Assembly: GCA_051003155.1 (NCBI GenBank)
Contig: JBPCLO010000053.1
Span: 1-64,000, forward strand
Source: Fimbriimonadales bacterium
Lineage (GTDB): Bacteria; Armatimonadota; Fimbriimonadia; Fimbriimonadales; ATM1
Direction of reading: 5' to 3'
DNA: 64,000 nucleotides
The translations under genes and the position numbers were made by a program. The notes beneath the pieces were generated by a model, which did not search any database, was not told the DNA's origin, and saw only the letters and a program-made list of their open reading frames with translations. Shown here piece after piece: positions 9,201-18,031 of the stretch (position 1 is its first letter; every line of letters starts with the position of its first letter).

Positions 9201-9495
9201 CTTCAAAAAGAACTGTGATCTGTGAGAGCCCGAACTGCGAGATGGAACGCATACCGGTTGACTCCGGTATCCCCGACAGCACCGTCTCCAGTGGCTGCGT
9301 GATTTGCAGCTCGACCTCTTGGGGTCCGAGAGCGGGCGCGGCCGTGTTGACCACCACCTGCTTGCCCGAGATATCGGGCACCGCGTCGATTGGGAGTGTT
9401 ATCGCCGAGTAGACACCAGCCAGGATTAGGGCGATGGCCGCGAACACCACGAAGAGCCGGTTGTGGATGGACCAATCGACGATTCGGTTCAACAT
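6298..9495 (-). CDS. czcA: CusA/CzcA family heavy-metal efflux RND permease
   Basis: LPIDAVPDI, ANLMSLGAIDFGLIVD, RLRPVLMTA, GAEVQKPLATVVIGG; 1065 aa. Confidence 0.95.
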   Translation of the reverse strand: MLNRIVDWSIHNRLFVVFAAIALILAGVYSAITLPIDAVPDISGKQVVVNTAAPALGPQEVELQITQPLETVLSGIPESTGMRSISQFGLSQITVLFEDSTDVYWARQQVNERLSEAKEALPPGIESPTLAPIATGLGEIYYVFVEGEKFSLMERRSILDWQVKPRLRTVRGIIEINSFGGHVKQYQVLADPEKLRAHNLQLADVRDALQKNNRNAGGAYIRKEDEQQIVQGVGTVKSLDDIRNIVLSSERGVPVLVRDVAHVEFGPGIRQGTITKDGKGEAVAAIAVMLMGENTRIATERVKERVAEIQMEMPKGIQLVGFLDRTTLVDETLHTAGTNLVEGGVLVILILFLFLLQLRAGLIVSSAIPLAMLFAIVGMKYFGVSANLMSLGAIDFGLIVDAAVIIVENCVRRLAIRRHELDRDLTQPERLETIRSGTVEVRQASQFGEMIIIAAYLPVLSLIGVEGKMFRPMGLTVVFALAGALLLSATLIPALCAYYLRTKVDKPNPVVEWLLRQYLPIVRWAIRWRTAVVIGAAAFFVACASLFPMLGSEFLPKLDEGAICINPGYLPGISVETAMERATLVEQLLLRKFPNEIEGVATRIGRPDVATDPMLLSQHDIYMPLKPMSQWKEARTKAELIDKMTLALADIPGMKVSFTQPIEMRMTEMSEGIGVRSEVGAKVFGPDMAILQQKAADVAGVMREIKGGQDIIVEATAGLPVLQIRIRRDDIARYGINVGDVQDVIETAIGGTAVGQVLEGAARYDIVLRFRESYRGDPDAIRRLPVGGKNGQRVPLGLLADIESLEGPVQISRESGQRRIAVQANVRGRDLGGFVEEAKQRVDEKVKLPAGYHIEWGGQYEHLQSAQARLKVVVPITFAVVFMLLFITFRSAKYAALVFTGVPFAITGGILSLYLRGMPFSISAGIGFIALFGVAVLNGVVLVTFINQLRNERYSPMEAVLGACRTRLRPVLMTATVASIGFLPMALSTGKGAEVQKPLATVVIGGIITSTILTLLVLPALYMLVSGKKGQPPGQEDVATSDLPKFIAPEEEPEHIHRMEPKEAT

Positions 9496-9498
9496 TGG

Positions 9499-11160
9499 CT
9501 ATCCACTTGGGGCGCAGCAACCATCCGATAAGGAGCTTTTCAGAGCTTCTGACTTGAGGTAGAAAGTGCCGTTTACCGCGATGGGCTCTCCTGGCGCGAG
9601 CCCCGCTGTGATCTCACGCCAACCTTGGTCCCGAATGCCGAGGGTGACGTGCCGTATTTCGAACGCTCCTGGCCTGGCGCGTGTAGCGATGTACACGGTC
9701 GCCCGGCCCGTGTGCTCCTGAAGAGCTCCCTCGGGCACGGTGACCCGATGTTTGCGTAGGTCGGTCACGATCGTGCCCTTCACGAACGATCCTGGCCTGA
9801 GAACGTTGCTCCGATTCCCAAGAGTCGTCCTGACGGAAACCGCCCGAGTGGTCTCATCGGCTGCGGTGCCGACCGAGAGAACCCTCCCTCGGAACGAACT
9901 GCCTGGCGCGGCCTCTGAACTGAGCTCGACCAATTGGCCTACCCGCACTGCTGCAAGGTCGCCTGGCGCCACCGCGAGCTGAGCCCAAACGAGATCGAGG
10001 TTCACAACCGTGAAGGCCGCGTGTTCAGGGTCGATGGTCTCGCCGAGCGTCGCCAAGCGTTCCTGGACCTTGCCGGAAATGGGGGTGATCAAGGCTATAG
10101 TGTTGTGGCCCCCGAGCTTTCCGCCTAACAGTCGGACTGCATCGACTGCACCTCGCATTTCGACTTGAACCAGCCGCAGAGCCGACTCGGCTTCGACAAG
10201 CTCGCGGTTGGTCGAGAATTGCCCCTTGTAGACACTTTCCTCGCGTTGATGCGCTTGCGAGACAATCAGCGCTCGGCGCTTTGCGAGCATTAGCTCCCTC
10301 AACGACGCATCGACACGGACCTTTGCCCCCTCTATTCGAGCCACACCTTGCGCCACCGCAGCCATAGCAACGCTGACATCCGCGGCCGCTTTCTTGTAGT
10401 CGGCGCTAACTCGCTCCAACTCCTGCTTTGAAATCAACTCTTCTTTAAAGAGCGTCTCGGCGCGGTCGAATCTTGCCTGTGTAACATCCATCTCTGCGCG
10501 TGCTTGCGTCACCTTGCTTACAAGGCCTTGCTGCTCGCTCTGGGCCTCGGCGAGCTTGGTGCGATCTTCTCCCAAGTTGCGCTCGGCCAGTTGAACATCG
10601 CGCTCGGCTTCGATCGCTTTGGAGCGAGCCTCCTCGACCTGCGGTTTGCCGAACTGACCGAGCTTTGCGAGCTGGCGCTGCCTTTTCAAGTTCTTGCTCG
10701 CTGCCGTTACTTTCGCCGCCGCTTGCCGATATGCAGCTTGCGATTGTCCTAGCTCGGCGCTTTCGAGCAGCGCCAGCGTTTGACCGGCAAGCACTGTGTC
10801 GCCCGCGCCGACGAAAAGCTTGATGACCTTGCCCGCTACGCGAGGCGTTACCTTGACGAGCTGGTCACCTCCAACCTGAACCACCCCGCTCACGGAGAGC
10901 CTTTCTGTAATCAGCCGGGCCGTTGCCGGCTCGACTTGGATGTCAGCCAAATGCATCGCCTCTTGGCTTAAGACAAGCTCGCCGGCCTTTCCAGCTTGGC
11001 CCTCCGGCACGGTTAGCGTCGTGTCAGCTTCCTTGGCCACCGTCGAGGACGGTGAGGAGCGAAACGCGAAGTACATCAGAGACCCCGCCAAAGCGACAAT
11101 CGCCACGATTCCGATCGGAATCCAGCGGATGGTTCGGGAACCTACGGTTTGGGTGCTCAT
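9499..11160 (-). CDS. czcB: RND periplasmic adaptor (CzcB/CusB-like) with long coiled coil
   Basis: N-terminal TM, barrel-sandwich motifs, DETTRAVSVR...LRPGSF; lies between OMF and RND genes. Confidence 0.88.
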   Translation of the reverse strand: MSTQTVGSRTIRWIPIGIVAIVALAGSLMYFAFRSSPSSTVAKEADTTLTVPEGQAGKAGELVLSQEAMHLADIQVEPATARLITERLSVSGVVQVGGDQLVKVTPRVAGKVIKLFVGAGDTVLAGQTLALLESAELGQSQAAYRQAAAKVTAASKNLKRQRQLAKLGQFGKPQVEEARSKAIEAERDVQLAERNLGEDRTKLAEAQSEQQGLVSKVTQARAEMDVTQARFDRAETLFKEELISKQELERVSADYKKAAADVSVAMAAVAQGVARIEGAKVRVDASLRELMLAKRRALIVSQAHQREESVYKGQFSTNRELVEAESALRLVQVEMRGAVDAVRLLGGKLGGHNTIALITPISGKVQERLATLGETIDPEHAAFTVVNLDLVWAQLAVAPGDLAAVRVGQLVELSSEAAPGSSFRGRVLSVGTAADETTRAVSVRTTLGNRSNVLRPGSFVKGTIVTDLRKHRVTVPEGALQEHTGRATVYIATRARPGAFEIRHVTLGIRDQGWREITAGLAPGEPIAVNGTFYLKSEALKSSLSDGCCAPSG

Positions 11161-12464
11161 TGCTTTTTCGACTCCATTGACCGGAGTTCTTTAAGCACAG
11201 ATGCCGGGACAGCGCCGGTCGCGCGTTCCAACTGGGCTCGCGCCTGCTCGTGCGATGCGAGCGCGTCGATGTATTCCGCCTGCACGGTTCGGTATGTCCG
11301 CTGGGCCTCTAATACTGCCAACAGGCTTACCCCACCGATCCGAAATCCATTGCGTGTCGCTTCCAATACTTTCCGAGCCTCGTCCAGCATGCCGCCTTGA
11401 AATATCCTAAGAACCGCGCCGGCAGCGCGGAGACGTGCCACGGCTTGCGAAACCTCTCGTAATACTCGGTTGCGGACAGCAGCGCCGCGCTGCTCGTGGG
11501 CCCTTGCGGATTCCTCGGCCTGGCGAATTCGATTTCTTCGGCTGCCGTAATCGAGCAGCGGGATTGTGATCCCAATTCCAAATCCGTTCTCGTGAGGGCT
11601 GCGCGTCAGGCTCGTTGCTCGAAAGTGTGGGGCAATGTCGGGAATCCCTTCTGCACGTGCAAGCCGGGCCTCCTGCAGAAAGGCCTCCCTGGTCGCCGCA
11701 GACGCCGCGATCTCTGCACGAGCCCCCATTGCCTGTTGAAGGATCAAAGACTCATCGATCGTTTGCGGACTGAACTGCAGAAGAGGCAAGACGGCGATTT
11801 CGTCAACAGGGCGCCCGATGATCGTATTGAGCTCCGCGCGAGCTGCGGCGAACTCAGCTCCCGACAATGTCGCTTGTTGTCGAGCACGAGTGAGCTCGAT
11901 CGAGGTCTGAGTCCGGTCTATGCCCGGCCGGCTCCCCAACTCGACTTGCCGCTGCGCAATTCGGTCAAGCTCTTCGGAGTTTCCCACAACGTCGTTGGCG
12001 AGCGTGTTTCGTTCTTGCGCTCTTGCGAGCTGCAAGTAAGCAGACTTCGTTTCGTACACAATTTCGCGCAATTCAATGAGTGCCTCTGATTCGGCTACGC
12101 GCAGCTGGGCGCTTGCCATCCCCGCGCGGGCAGAACGGCTACCGTTTATCTCCAGGGGCTGCGAGATCATAAGCTCTTCGTCCGAACCCGCCCGTGTAAA
12201 TCCAGGGGTCAGGGTGACATTGGGATTAGGCAACGCTTGAGCTGCTGCCAGCCCGAGCTCGGCGGCAGAGATGTCGAAAACCAGCGCCTTGACTCGCGGA
12301 TTGTTTGCAAGAGCCAGTCGCACCGCCTCGTCTAAGGTCAGTTCCGATACAGCCTGCTTCACAAAGGGGATAGAGTTCCTGACTGCGCTGAACTTGGTGG
12401 AGTCATCCGGTTGGGCCAGGGTTGCGCTCATGAAGAGGAGCGCAATTGCGAAGTTACATGACAT
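11157..12464 (-). CDS. czcC: TolC family outer membrane factor (CzcC-like)
   Basis: LTLDEAVRLALANNP, GITIPLLD, SLLAVLEAQRTY...LERATG. Confidence 0.88.
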   Translation of the reverse strand: MSCNFAIALLFMSATLAQPDDSTKFSAVRNSIPFVKQAVSELTLDEAVRLALANNPRVKALVFDISAAELGLAAAQALPNPNVTLTPGFTRAGSDEELMISQPLEINGSRSARAGMASAQLRVAESEALIELREIVYETKSAYLQLARAQERNTLANDVVGNSEELDRIAQRQVELGSRPGIDRTQTSIELTRARQQATLSGAEFAAARAELNTIIGRPVDEIAVLPLLQFSPQTIDESLILQQAMGARAEIAASAATREAFLQEARLARAEGIPDIAPHFRATSLTRSPHENGFGIGITIPLLDYGSRRNRIRQAEESARAHEQRGAAVRNRVLREVSQAVARLRAAGAVLRIFQGGMLDEARKVLEATRNGFRIGGVSLLAVLEAQRTYRTVQAEYIDALASHEQARAQLERATGAVPASVLKELRSMESKKQ

Positions 12465-12834
12465 GGGTCAATTCCTTGGACAATTTCCCCGCTCCCACAA
12501 CGCAGCATCCGTCCACGCGAAGCAGCATTCTCATAGAAAGGCGTTCCAGGTCGCGTATTGCCCGTCCGTCCGTAGATGGGAAATGCTCGAAAATCTCTTG
12601 CAATGCGGGGCGCACTGAAGGCTCGATGCTGTAAATTATCCAGGATCGCCGTCTCTTCGTCTGGACAACTGCCGCATTCCGGAGGGTCTGCAAGTGCGTG
12701 CTCAAGGTGGATTGGCTGATTTCGAGAGCGTCTACTAGTTCACACACACACAGATCGGCTTGCTGAAGGGCTTTGAGTATCCGTGCACGCGTGGGGTCAG
12801 CGATTGCTTTGCCGAAGTTTACGAGGTCTTTCAT
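12454..12834 (-). CDS. ArsR/SmtB family metalloregulator
   Basis: KAIADPTRARIL...LCVCELVDALEISQSTLSTHLQTLR; start moved to ATG 12834. Confidence 0.9.
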   Translation of the reverse strand: MKDLVNFGKAIADPTRARILKALQQADLCVCELVDALEISQSTLSTHLQTLRNAAVVQTKRRRSWIIYSIEPSVRPALQEIFEHFPSTDGRAIRDLERLSMRMLLRVDGCCVVGAGKLSKELTHVM

Positions 12835-12840
12835 GACGTG

Positions 12841-12864
12841 ATTTCGGGATATCTCGATATTATA
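12841..12864 (-). promoter_or_regulatory. Putative -10 box (TATAAT) with overlapping ArsR-type palindromic operator
   Basis: atttcgggatatctcgatat is a 16/20 palindrome; TATAAT on minus strand at 12864-12859. Confidence 0.55.
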
Positions 12865-12869
12865 CAGTG

Positions 12870-12895
12870 TCTCACTGCCTTTTTCGAGGCAGAGG
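12870..12895 (-). repeat. Inverted 26-bp copy of the palindromic core of repeat A
   Basis: Exact reverse complement of 700-725 (cctctgcctcgaaaaaggcagtgaga). Confidence 0.9.
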
Positions 12896-13145
12896 GCTAT
12901 GGATGCTGATCCTTGAACCACGCTTCTGTCTTTGAACAAAGATGCCTTGCTTGAGAACTCTCCGAGTGCTGATCGAGGCGGGTTGATTCGCGCCGACTTT
13001 ACGAATTTGAAAGTACGAAGCGCAAATGCAGGCGACGTACGAAGGCGGTCGGCTCTATTCGAACCTAAACGGCAACCGGGTTCGGGCAATTCGTACATCT
13101 CGTACTTCGGGCTGGCTTTTCAAAATTGCATTGTGAGCCCGTTGT

Positions 13146-14324
13146 CTATCCTTCGTCGTCCAGCGGCGCGTAGATTCTTCCCAGCGCGTCGGCAACGGGG
13201 CGCAGTCCCTCGGTTACCAAGTGTCCGTACAAATCGGCGGTGAGGCTTTGCTGCTGGTGTCCGAGCATCTTCTGGACGGCGTGTAGACTTGCCCCGTCCA
13301 TTAGTGCAAGGGTGGCCGCCGTGTGGCGCGTTTTGTGAGGGCTGACACGGGGGATGCCGGCACCATCGCAGGCTTTGCCTAGGTGCTCGTATAAGTACTT
13401 CTGGTCGATCCTTCTGCCGTACGGATTCAGGAACACGAGGCCGTCAGGATCGTCGATTCCTTCGACCAACCGCCGTGCGTTCAGGTCTTCGAGATCTTGG
13501 CGCACGGCCGCGGATATGGGCAGGACGCGGTCCTGGTTCGTCTTAGTTCCCGCAACGTATTGCAGGACTCCATCGACCCGCTTCAATTGTCCGGCGATCC
13601 TGACGGTTCCAGCTTGAATGTCTACGTCATGCCAGCGAATGCCACGCGCTTCCGACTGCCGGGCACCCGTGCTCAACATAAAGAGGACGATCGATCGGAC
13701 CGGCGAATCGGCGAGGGCTCCGAGCAGCGCGCGAGCTTGCTCGGGGTTGAGGAACATGGGGCTCTGTGTGTCCGCCTTCTTTGTCTGCCTCGGCAGGTCG
13801 ATCATGGCCGCAGGATTCACCGAGCAATATTCTCCCTTTATGGCGTCTTGGTATACGTTGTGAAGAACCGAAACGGCCATCGCCATAGTTCGGCGATTGA
13901 GAAGCTTGGCAGGCGCACTTTGATTCGGTTGCTTGCCCCTCGGCTTTACCGTCCTGACGGACAGGGCCGACACCAACGCTTGTACGTCGTGCCTCTTCAC
14001 TTTGTCCAACTGCTTTTTCCCAAGCGTTGGCAAGACGTGATCACGAAGAACCCACGCGTAGGTTGTCAGCGTCTTGGGTTCCAACATTGCGGCCTTGGCT
14101 TGTAGCCATGTTTCGACGAAGTCCGACAGCTTGCCGCTCCTGACATGGTCGAACCTTCCAAAGTCGGCTTCCTGCTGAAGCCTCTTCAAGGCGGCTATTG
14201 CATCCTTGTGGTTTGCAGCGCGTGCCCGCTTTTTCTTGCCGTGGGGTGTATAGATTTGAGCCATGTACCCGCCGCCTGCAATTGGATAGATCGATCCTGT
14301 GGTGTTCGCCCGTTTTATGCTCAT
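13146..14324 (-). CDS. Tyrosine recombinase/integrase (phage/ICE type)
   Basis: GARQSE (R), HKTRHT (HxxR), LGH, DLYGH (Y); N-terminal arm-binding and SAM-like domains; beside a tRNA fragment. Confidence 0.93.
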   Translation of the reverse strand: MSIKRANTTGSIYPIAGGGYMAQIYTPHGKKKRARAANHKDAIAALKRLQQEADFGRFDHVRSGKLSDFVETWLQAKAAMLEPKTLTTYAWVLRDHVLPTLGKKQLDKVKRHDVQALVSALSVRTVKPRGKQPNQSAPAKLLNRRTMAMAVSVLHNVYQDAIKGEYCSVNPAAMIDLPRQTKKADTQSPMFLNPEQARALLGALADSPVRSIVLFMLSTGARQSEARGIRWHDVDIQAGTVRIAGQLKRVDGVLQYVAGTKTNQDRVLPISAAVRQDLEDLNARRLVEGIDDPDGLVFLNPYGRRIDQKYLYEHLGKACDGAGIPRVSPHKTRHTAATLALMDGASLHAVQKMLGHQQQSLTADLYGHLVTEGLRPVADALGRIYAPLDDEG

Positions 14325-14341
14325 GTCTCCCTGCCTTCTAA

Positions 14342-14383
14342 GTGTGGGTTACCGACTTCGCGGTGTGGGTTACCGCTGTGGGT
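14342..14383 (+). repeat. Putative integrase arm-type sites: gtgtgggttaccg x2 plus tgtgggt
   Basis: 14342-14354, 14363-14375 and 14377-14383, between the int start and the att core. Confidence 0.7.
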
Positions 14384-14482
14384 GATTATAACACACACGA
14401 GCGAAAAGTTGCCAGCAGAGCAAGTTCAAAACGTATGTAAATGGTGACATTAGCGGGCAGCGTAAAACGCCATACCTACTTT

Positions 14483-14527
14483 CTTCTAAGCAGTAGGCCA
14501 CAGGTTCGAGTCCTGTCCGGGGCGCCA
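14483..14527 (+). other. 3' half of tRNA-Arg(TCT), attR-like duplicate (not an intact tRNA)
   Basis: Anticodon loop cttctaa, stem gcagt, T arm acagg-ttcgagt-cctgt, acceptor strand ccggggc-g-cca; no D arm or 5' acceptor strand upstream. Confidence 0.85.
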
Positions 14528-14769
14528 CCGACTCGACCGACGACTGCGGACTGCCGACTGGAGACGACCGCCTTCTTCCACCTACGCGGTGTCTTGCGAC
14601 GGAGCGGCCCGCTCCAGGCTCGAATTCCAGGAACGTTACGGCCCGCAAAAATATGTCGCCGTTTTCTCGAACAAATCGGGCGAAAAGCGTGTCTAACGGG
14701 TGTATAGTTTTCCGGCTTGGCCCGGAGTATCGCTGGGCAAGCAGCAATATTAGGAGGTCTTTCTAAAAA

Positions 14770-15678
14770 TTGACTAAATTACGAAAGGGTTTTACCCTCA
14801 TTGAACTCTTGGTGGTCATCGCAATCATCGCGATCTTGGCCGCCATCCTGTTCCCCGTTTTCGCACAGGCGAAGGAAGCTGCAAAGAAGACTTCCTGCAT
14901 TGCGAACTCGAACCAGCTTGGCAAAGCCGTCCTCATGTACATGGGTGACAACGACGACTACGTACCCATGATGGAGAGCCCCGTCGACACCACGACCCCA
15001 ATGACCTCGGCGGCATGGCCCTACCTCATCTCGGGTTACATCAACAGTTGGCAGGTTGTCCGCTGCCCGTCCGACCCCAACGCAAACGACCGCGCACTTA
15101 GCGTCGACCTCAACGGCAATCCTCTGCCCCCAAACACGTCAGCTGACCAGAAGCACCGCGCTTGGTCCTATCGTACCGACTACGGCACGAACTTCCAGTT
15201 CCTTCATCCCCTAGTCATCGTCGGCAGCGAGACGATCCAAGTCGTTATCAATAGCTCCCGCGTCGGCTCCCCCGGCCAGACCATCCTCTTCACGGAAGCG
15301 GTTTGGGATCGAAACGCCAGTGGCCAAGTGCAGGGCGGCGGCAATTATGGCGACGACGCTCCTTGTTTCAAGGATGCCAACAACAACGAACTCCGACCCT
15401 TCCCGCAGGGGACCACTAACTTCTATTGGTTCGGCGGTTGGGACCCGGACACGCCCCTCGTATGGAACGTCTTCGGTGGTGCTTGGCCCTGGCACATGGG
15501 CAAGAACCGAGGCGTGGACACCTATCGACGACGAAACGAAGGCATCGTCGTGACCAGCTTCATCGATGGCCACACCAAGGCCCTTAAGATGGACGCGGTC
15601 TCAGCCGGTTGCCAAGTTCTACAGAACTCTGGTGGCCGCGCGTTCGACCTCGACGCCTACCTTTGGGACCTGAGCTAG
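14770..15678 (+). CDS. Prepilin-type N-terminal cleavage/methylation domain protein (DUF1559-like)
   Basis: [40 protein letters not shown]-terminal FIDGH; AGGAGG RBS. Confidence 0.92.
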   Translation: MTKLRKGFTLIELLVVIAIIAILAAILFPVFAQAKEAAKKTSCIANSNQLGKAVLMYMGDNDDYVPMMESPVDTTTPMTSAAWPYLISGYINSWQVVRCPSDPNANDRALSVDLNGNPLPPNTSADQKHRAWSYRTDYGTNFQFLHPLVIVGSETIQVVINSSRVGSPGQTILFTEAVWDRNASGQVQGGGNYGDDAPCFKDANNNELRPFPQGTTNFYWFGGWDPDTPLVWNVFGGAWPWHMGKNRGVDTYRRRNEGIVVTSFIDGHTKALKMDAVSAGCQVLQNSGGRAFDLDAYLWDLS

Positions 15679-15687
15679 GTTAGAAAC

Positions 15688-15909
15688 ATGTCATACGGCA
15701 AGCAACAACAACAGTCCGTCTCCAAGCCGCTGCTCATCGCGCTCATCGTGGTCGCCGTAATCGGCGCGATCATGTTCGCGAAAAATATGGGCGGCGGCGG
15801 CGCAGAGGAGAAGGTCGGCGGAGTTCCTCCGGTTCCGGTCGGTCTCGAACCGGCCGCGCCGAAACCCGGCGAACCTACGCCGATAGACATGGGCAGCAGG
15901 CCCAAGTAA
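15688..15909 (+). CDS. Small membrane-anchored Pro-rich protein
   Basis: Single TM; directly follows the prepilin-like gene; terminator downstream. Confidence 0.7.
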   Translation: MSYGKQQQQSVSKPLLIALIVVAVIGAIMFAKNMGGGGAEEKVGGVPPVPVGLEPAAPKPGEPTPIDMGSRPK

Positions 15910-15922
15910 CGACCGTGTAATT

Positions 15923-15960
15923 GAAAAGAGACCAGACGAAAAGTCCGGTCTCTTTTCTTC
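15923..15960 (+). terminator. Rho-independent terminator
   Basis: gaaaagagacc-agac-gaaaa-gtcc-ggtctcttttc hairpin with T-rich tail. Confidence 0.7.
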
Positions 15961-16065
15961 TTAACCTTGCGCATGTTCACGCGTTTGCCTGTCATACTGA
16001 AAGTCGCGGCGTCGACAACCTCTGTCGATGCGCGGCAATACTATCTACTGCAGAGGTGTTCAATT

Positions 16066-16995
16066 ATGAGAATGCGCAACCGAGCTTTTACGCTCATCGA
16101 GCTGCTCGTCGTTATCGCGATCATCGCGATCCTGGCAGCGATCCTGTTTCCCGTTTTCGCCCAAGCTAAAGAGGCCGCTAAGAAGACTCACTGCTTGGCC
16201 CAGTCGAATCAAGTCGCCAAGGCAGTGCTCATGTACATCGGCGACAACGACACGTACCTGCCCCCAATGATGTACAAGTTCGGGACAGGCAACAACAACG
16301 CCCTGGATCCAACGAACAGCGTGTGGCATGTGGCAACCAAGGGGTATCGGAATAGCTGGCAGGCCCTGCGATGCCCATCCGATCCGAACGCTAACGACAG
16401 GGCGCTTACGGTTAACCCTGAGACGGATCTGCCTATCGATCCTACAAACATCCAGGCGAAGGAGTTCTGCTGGGCGATGAGGGCGAACTACGCCTACAAC
16501 TACCAGTTCATGTCGCCGATGTGCGTCGTCCCGCCCGACACTGGATACGGCCGGCCGTATCCGATTAACGAGTCCCGGATCGGGCAGACAGGAGCAACGA
16601 TCCTTTGCGTCGAGTCGGTTTGGCAAAGAGACGCCGCGGGCAACGTAATTGGTGGCGGCAGCCGCTCCGCCGATCCGCCCAGCCTCTACAACCCTGACGG
16701 CTCTACCGCCATTCCGTACCCGCCCGGTACCACTACCTTTTGGTATCACGGCGGTTGGCGCCCTGACCAGCCACTATCCTTCATCGTCTTCGGACGAGCT
16801 TGGCCGTGGCACATGGGCAAGAACCGCGGTTTGGATACGCAGAAGCGCCGCAACGAAGGCGTTGTCTGCACAACCTTTATCGACGGCCACAGCAAGGCTC
16901 TAAAGGTTGACCAACTATCAGCAGGCTGCGAGGTGCGGCCCCAGTCCAGTGGCCGAATCTTCGATCACGACGCGTTCCTCTGGGACCTCCAGTAA
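16066..16995 (+). CDS. Prepilin-type N-terminal cleavage/methylation domain protein (paralog of 14770)
   Basis: [40 protein letters not shown] before ATG 16066. Confidence 0.92.
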   Translation: MRMRNRAFTLIELLVVIAIIAILAAILFPVFAQAKEAAKKTHCLAQSNQVAKAVLMYIGDNDTYLPPMMYKFGTGNNNALDPTNSVWHVATKGYRNSWQALRCPSDPNANDRALTVNPETDLPIDPTNIQAKEFCWAMRANYAYNYQFMSPMCVVPPDTGYGRPYPINESRIGQTGATILCVESVWQRDAAGNVIGGGSRSADPPSLYNPDGSTAIPYPPGTTTFWYHGGWRPDQPLSFIVFGRAWPWHMGKNRGLDTQKRRNEGVVCTTFIDGHSKALKVDQLSAGCEVRPQSSGRIFDHDAFLWDLQ

Positions 16996-17010
16996 GAACC
17001 AATCCCGGAA

Positions 17011-17046
17011 GCCCCGGTTCTCTTCGGAGGGCCGGGGTCCTTTTTT
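17011..17046 (+). terminator. Rho-independent terminator
   Basis: ccccggttctc-ttcg-gagggccgggg followed by T run. Confidence 0.75.
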
Positions 17047-17224
17047 AGACTGGAACCAGAGCCTGCAGGCTGTAGACAATGGGATCGACGAAGCCGACAA
17101 GCGCACTGCATGATGCCAATAGGCGCCGTACTTGATTCCGACTCCGCGCAAGCCACTTCGCGCAGGCTCCGGATTACGTTGATGAGCGTAATTTCTCCAG
17201 ACTCCAGTCTCCGGTCTTCTACCG

Positions 17225-18031
17225 TCAGTCCAAGAGATTCTCGAGTCCGACGATCAGGCCCCCGCGGCCTGGAAATGCCCGAAGGGCGAATAGGACGCCG
17301 CCCATGAAGCTGCTGCGGTCCATGCTGTCGTGACGGATCGTGAGAACCTCGCCGGTGCCGCCGAAGATCACCATCTGGTGAGCAAGCAACCCGGGAAGGC
17401 GCACAGAGTGAATGGGAGTCTCGCCGATCGCGCCGCCTCGCACGCCCTCGACTCTTATCATGTCGGTTCGGCCCTTGTCGGGCCTCCTCAAACGGTTGGT
17501 GGCGATTAGCTCGGCGGTCCGAGTTGCCGTGCCGCTCGGGGCGTCCGCCTTCTTCTCGTGATGCAGCTCGATGATCTCGCACTCGGGCATGTACTTGGCA
17601 GCTTCCGAGGCGAACTTCATCATGAGGACCGCGCCGATTGCGAAGTTCGGGATGTATAGGGCAGGCACGCCCCGCTCCTCGGAGGATGTACGAAGTTGGG
17701 AAAGCTCCGGCGCGCTGAGTCCGCTGGTGCCGATGATCGGCGTAACCCCGTGCTTCAGCGCGACCATGCCGTGATGAGCAGCGAACTTCGGGTGGGTGAA
17801 CTCCACGATCGCGTGGACCTTGCCGGCCTTGTCCAGGGATTCCGAAAGCTTATCGCTGATCTTCAAATCCGGCGCGTGCGGGCTCGTGAACTCCCTAACC
17901 GATTCACCGACCCCTTCCCGATCGATCGCCAAGGCAAGCTCCATGTCCGGTGCCGCGTCGACTGTTCTGCAGACTTCGCGCCCCATTTTACCGGCGCAGC
18001 CGACCACCCCGACCCGCAGTATCTCATCCAT
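17225..18031 (-). CDS. dapB: 4-hydroxy-tetrahydrodipicolinate reductase
   Basis: GCAGKMG, EIIELHHEKKADAPSGTA, IHSVRLPGLLAHQ. Confidence 0.95.
   Translation of the reverse strand: MDEILRVGVVGCAGKMGREVCRTVDAAPDMELALAIDREGVGESVREFTSPHAPDLKISDKLSESLDKAGKVHAIVEFTHPKFAAHHGMVALKHGVTPIIGTSGLSAPELSQLRTSSEERGVPALYIPNFAIGAVLMMKFASEAAKYMPECEIIELHHEKKADAPSGTATRTAELIATNRLRRPDKGRTDMIRVEGVRGGAIGETPIHSVRLPGLLAHQMVIFGGTGEVLTIRHDSMDRSSFMGGVLFALRAFPGRGGLIVGLENLLD

Larger units (their letters stand above)
1..14527. mobile_element. Right part of a genomic island integrated at tRNA-Arg(TCT); left end not seen in window
   Basis: Integrase, arm-type repeats, displaced tRNA 3' half, accessory and decayed cargo. Confidence 0.7.

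Noticed and set aside
14450..14527. Intact tRNA-Arg gene
   Set aside because: No 5' acceptor strand or D arm; only the sequence from the anticodon loop onward is tRNA-like.
2670..16995. Diversity-generating retroelement or shufflon acting on the prepilin-like genes
   Set aside because: No reverse transcriptase, no template/variable repeat pair with adenine-specific differences, and no exchangeable 3' cassettes seen.
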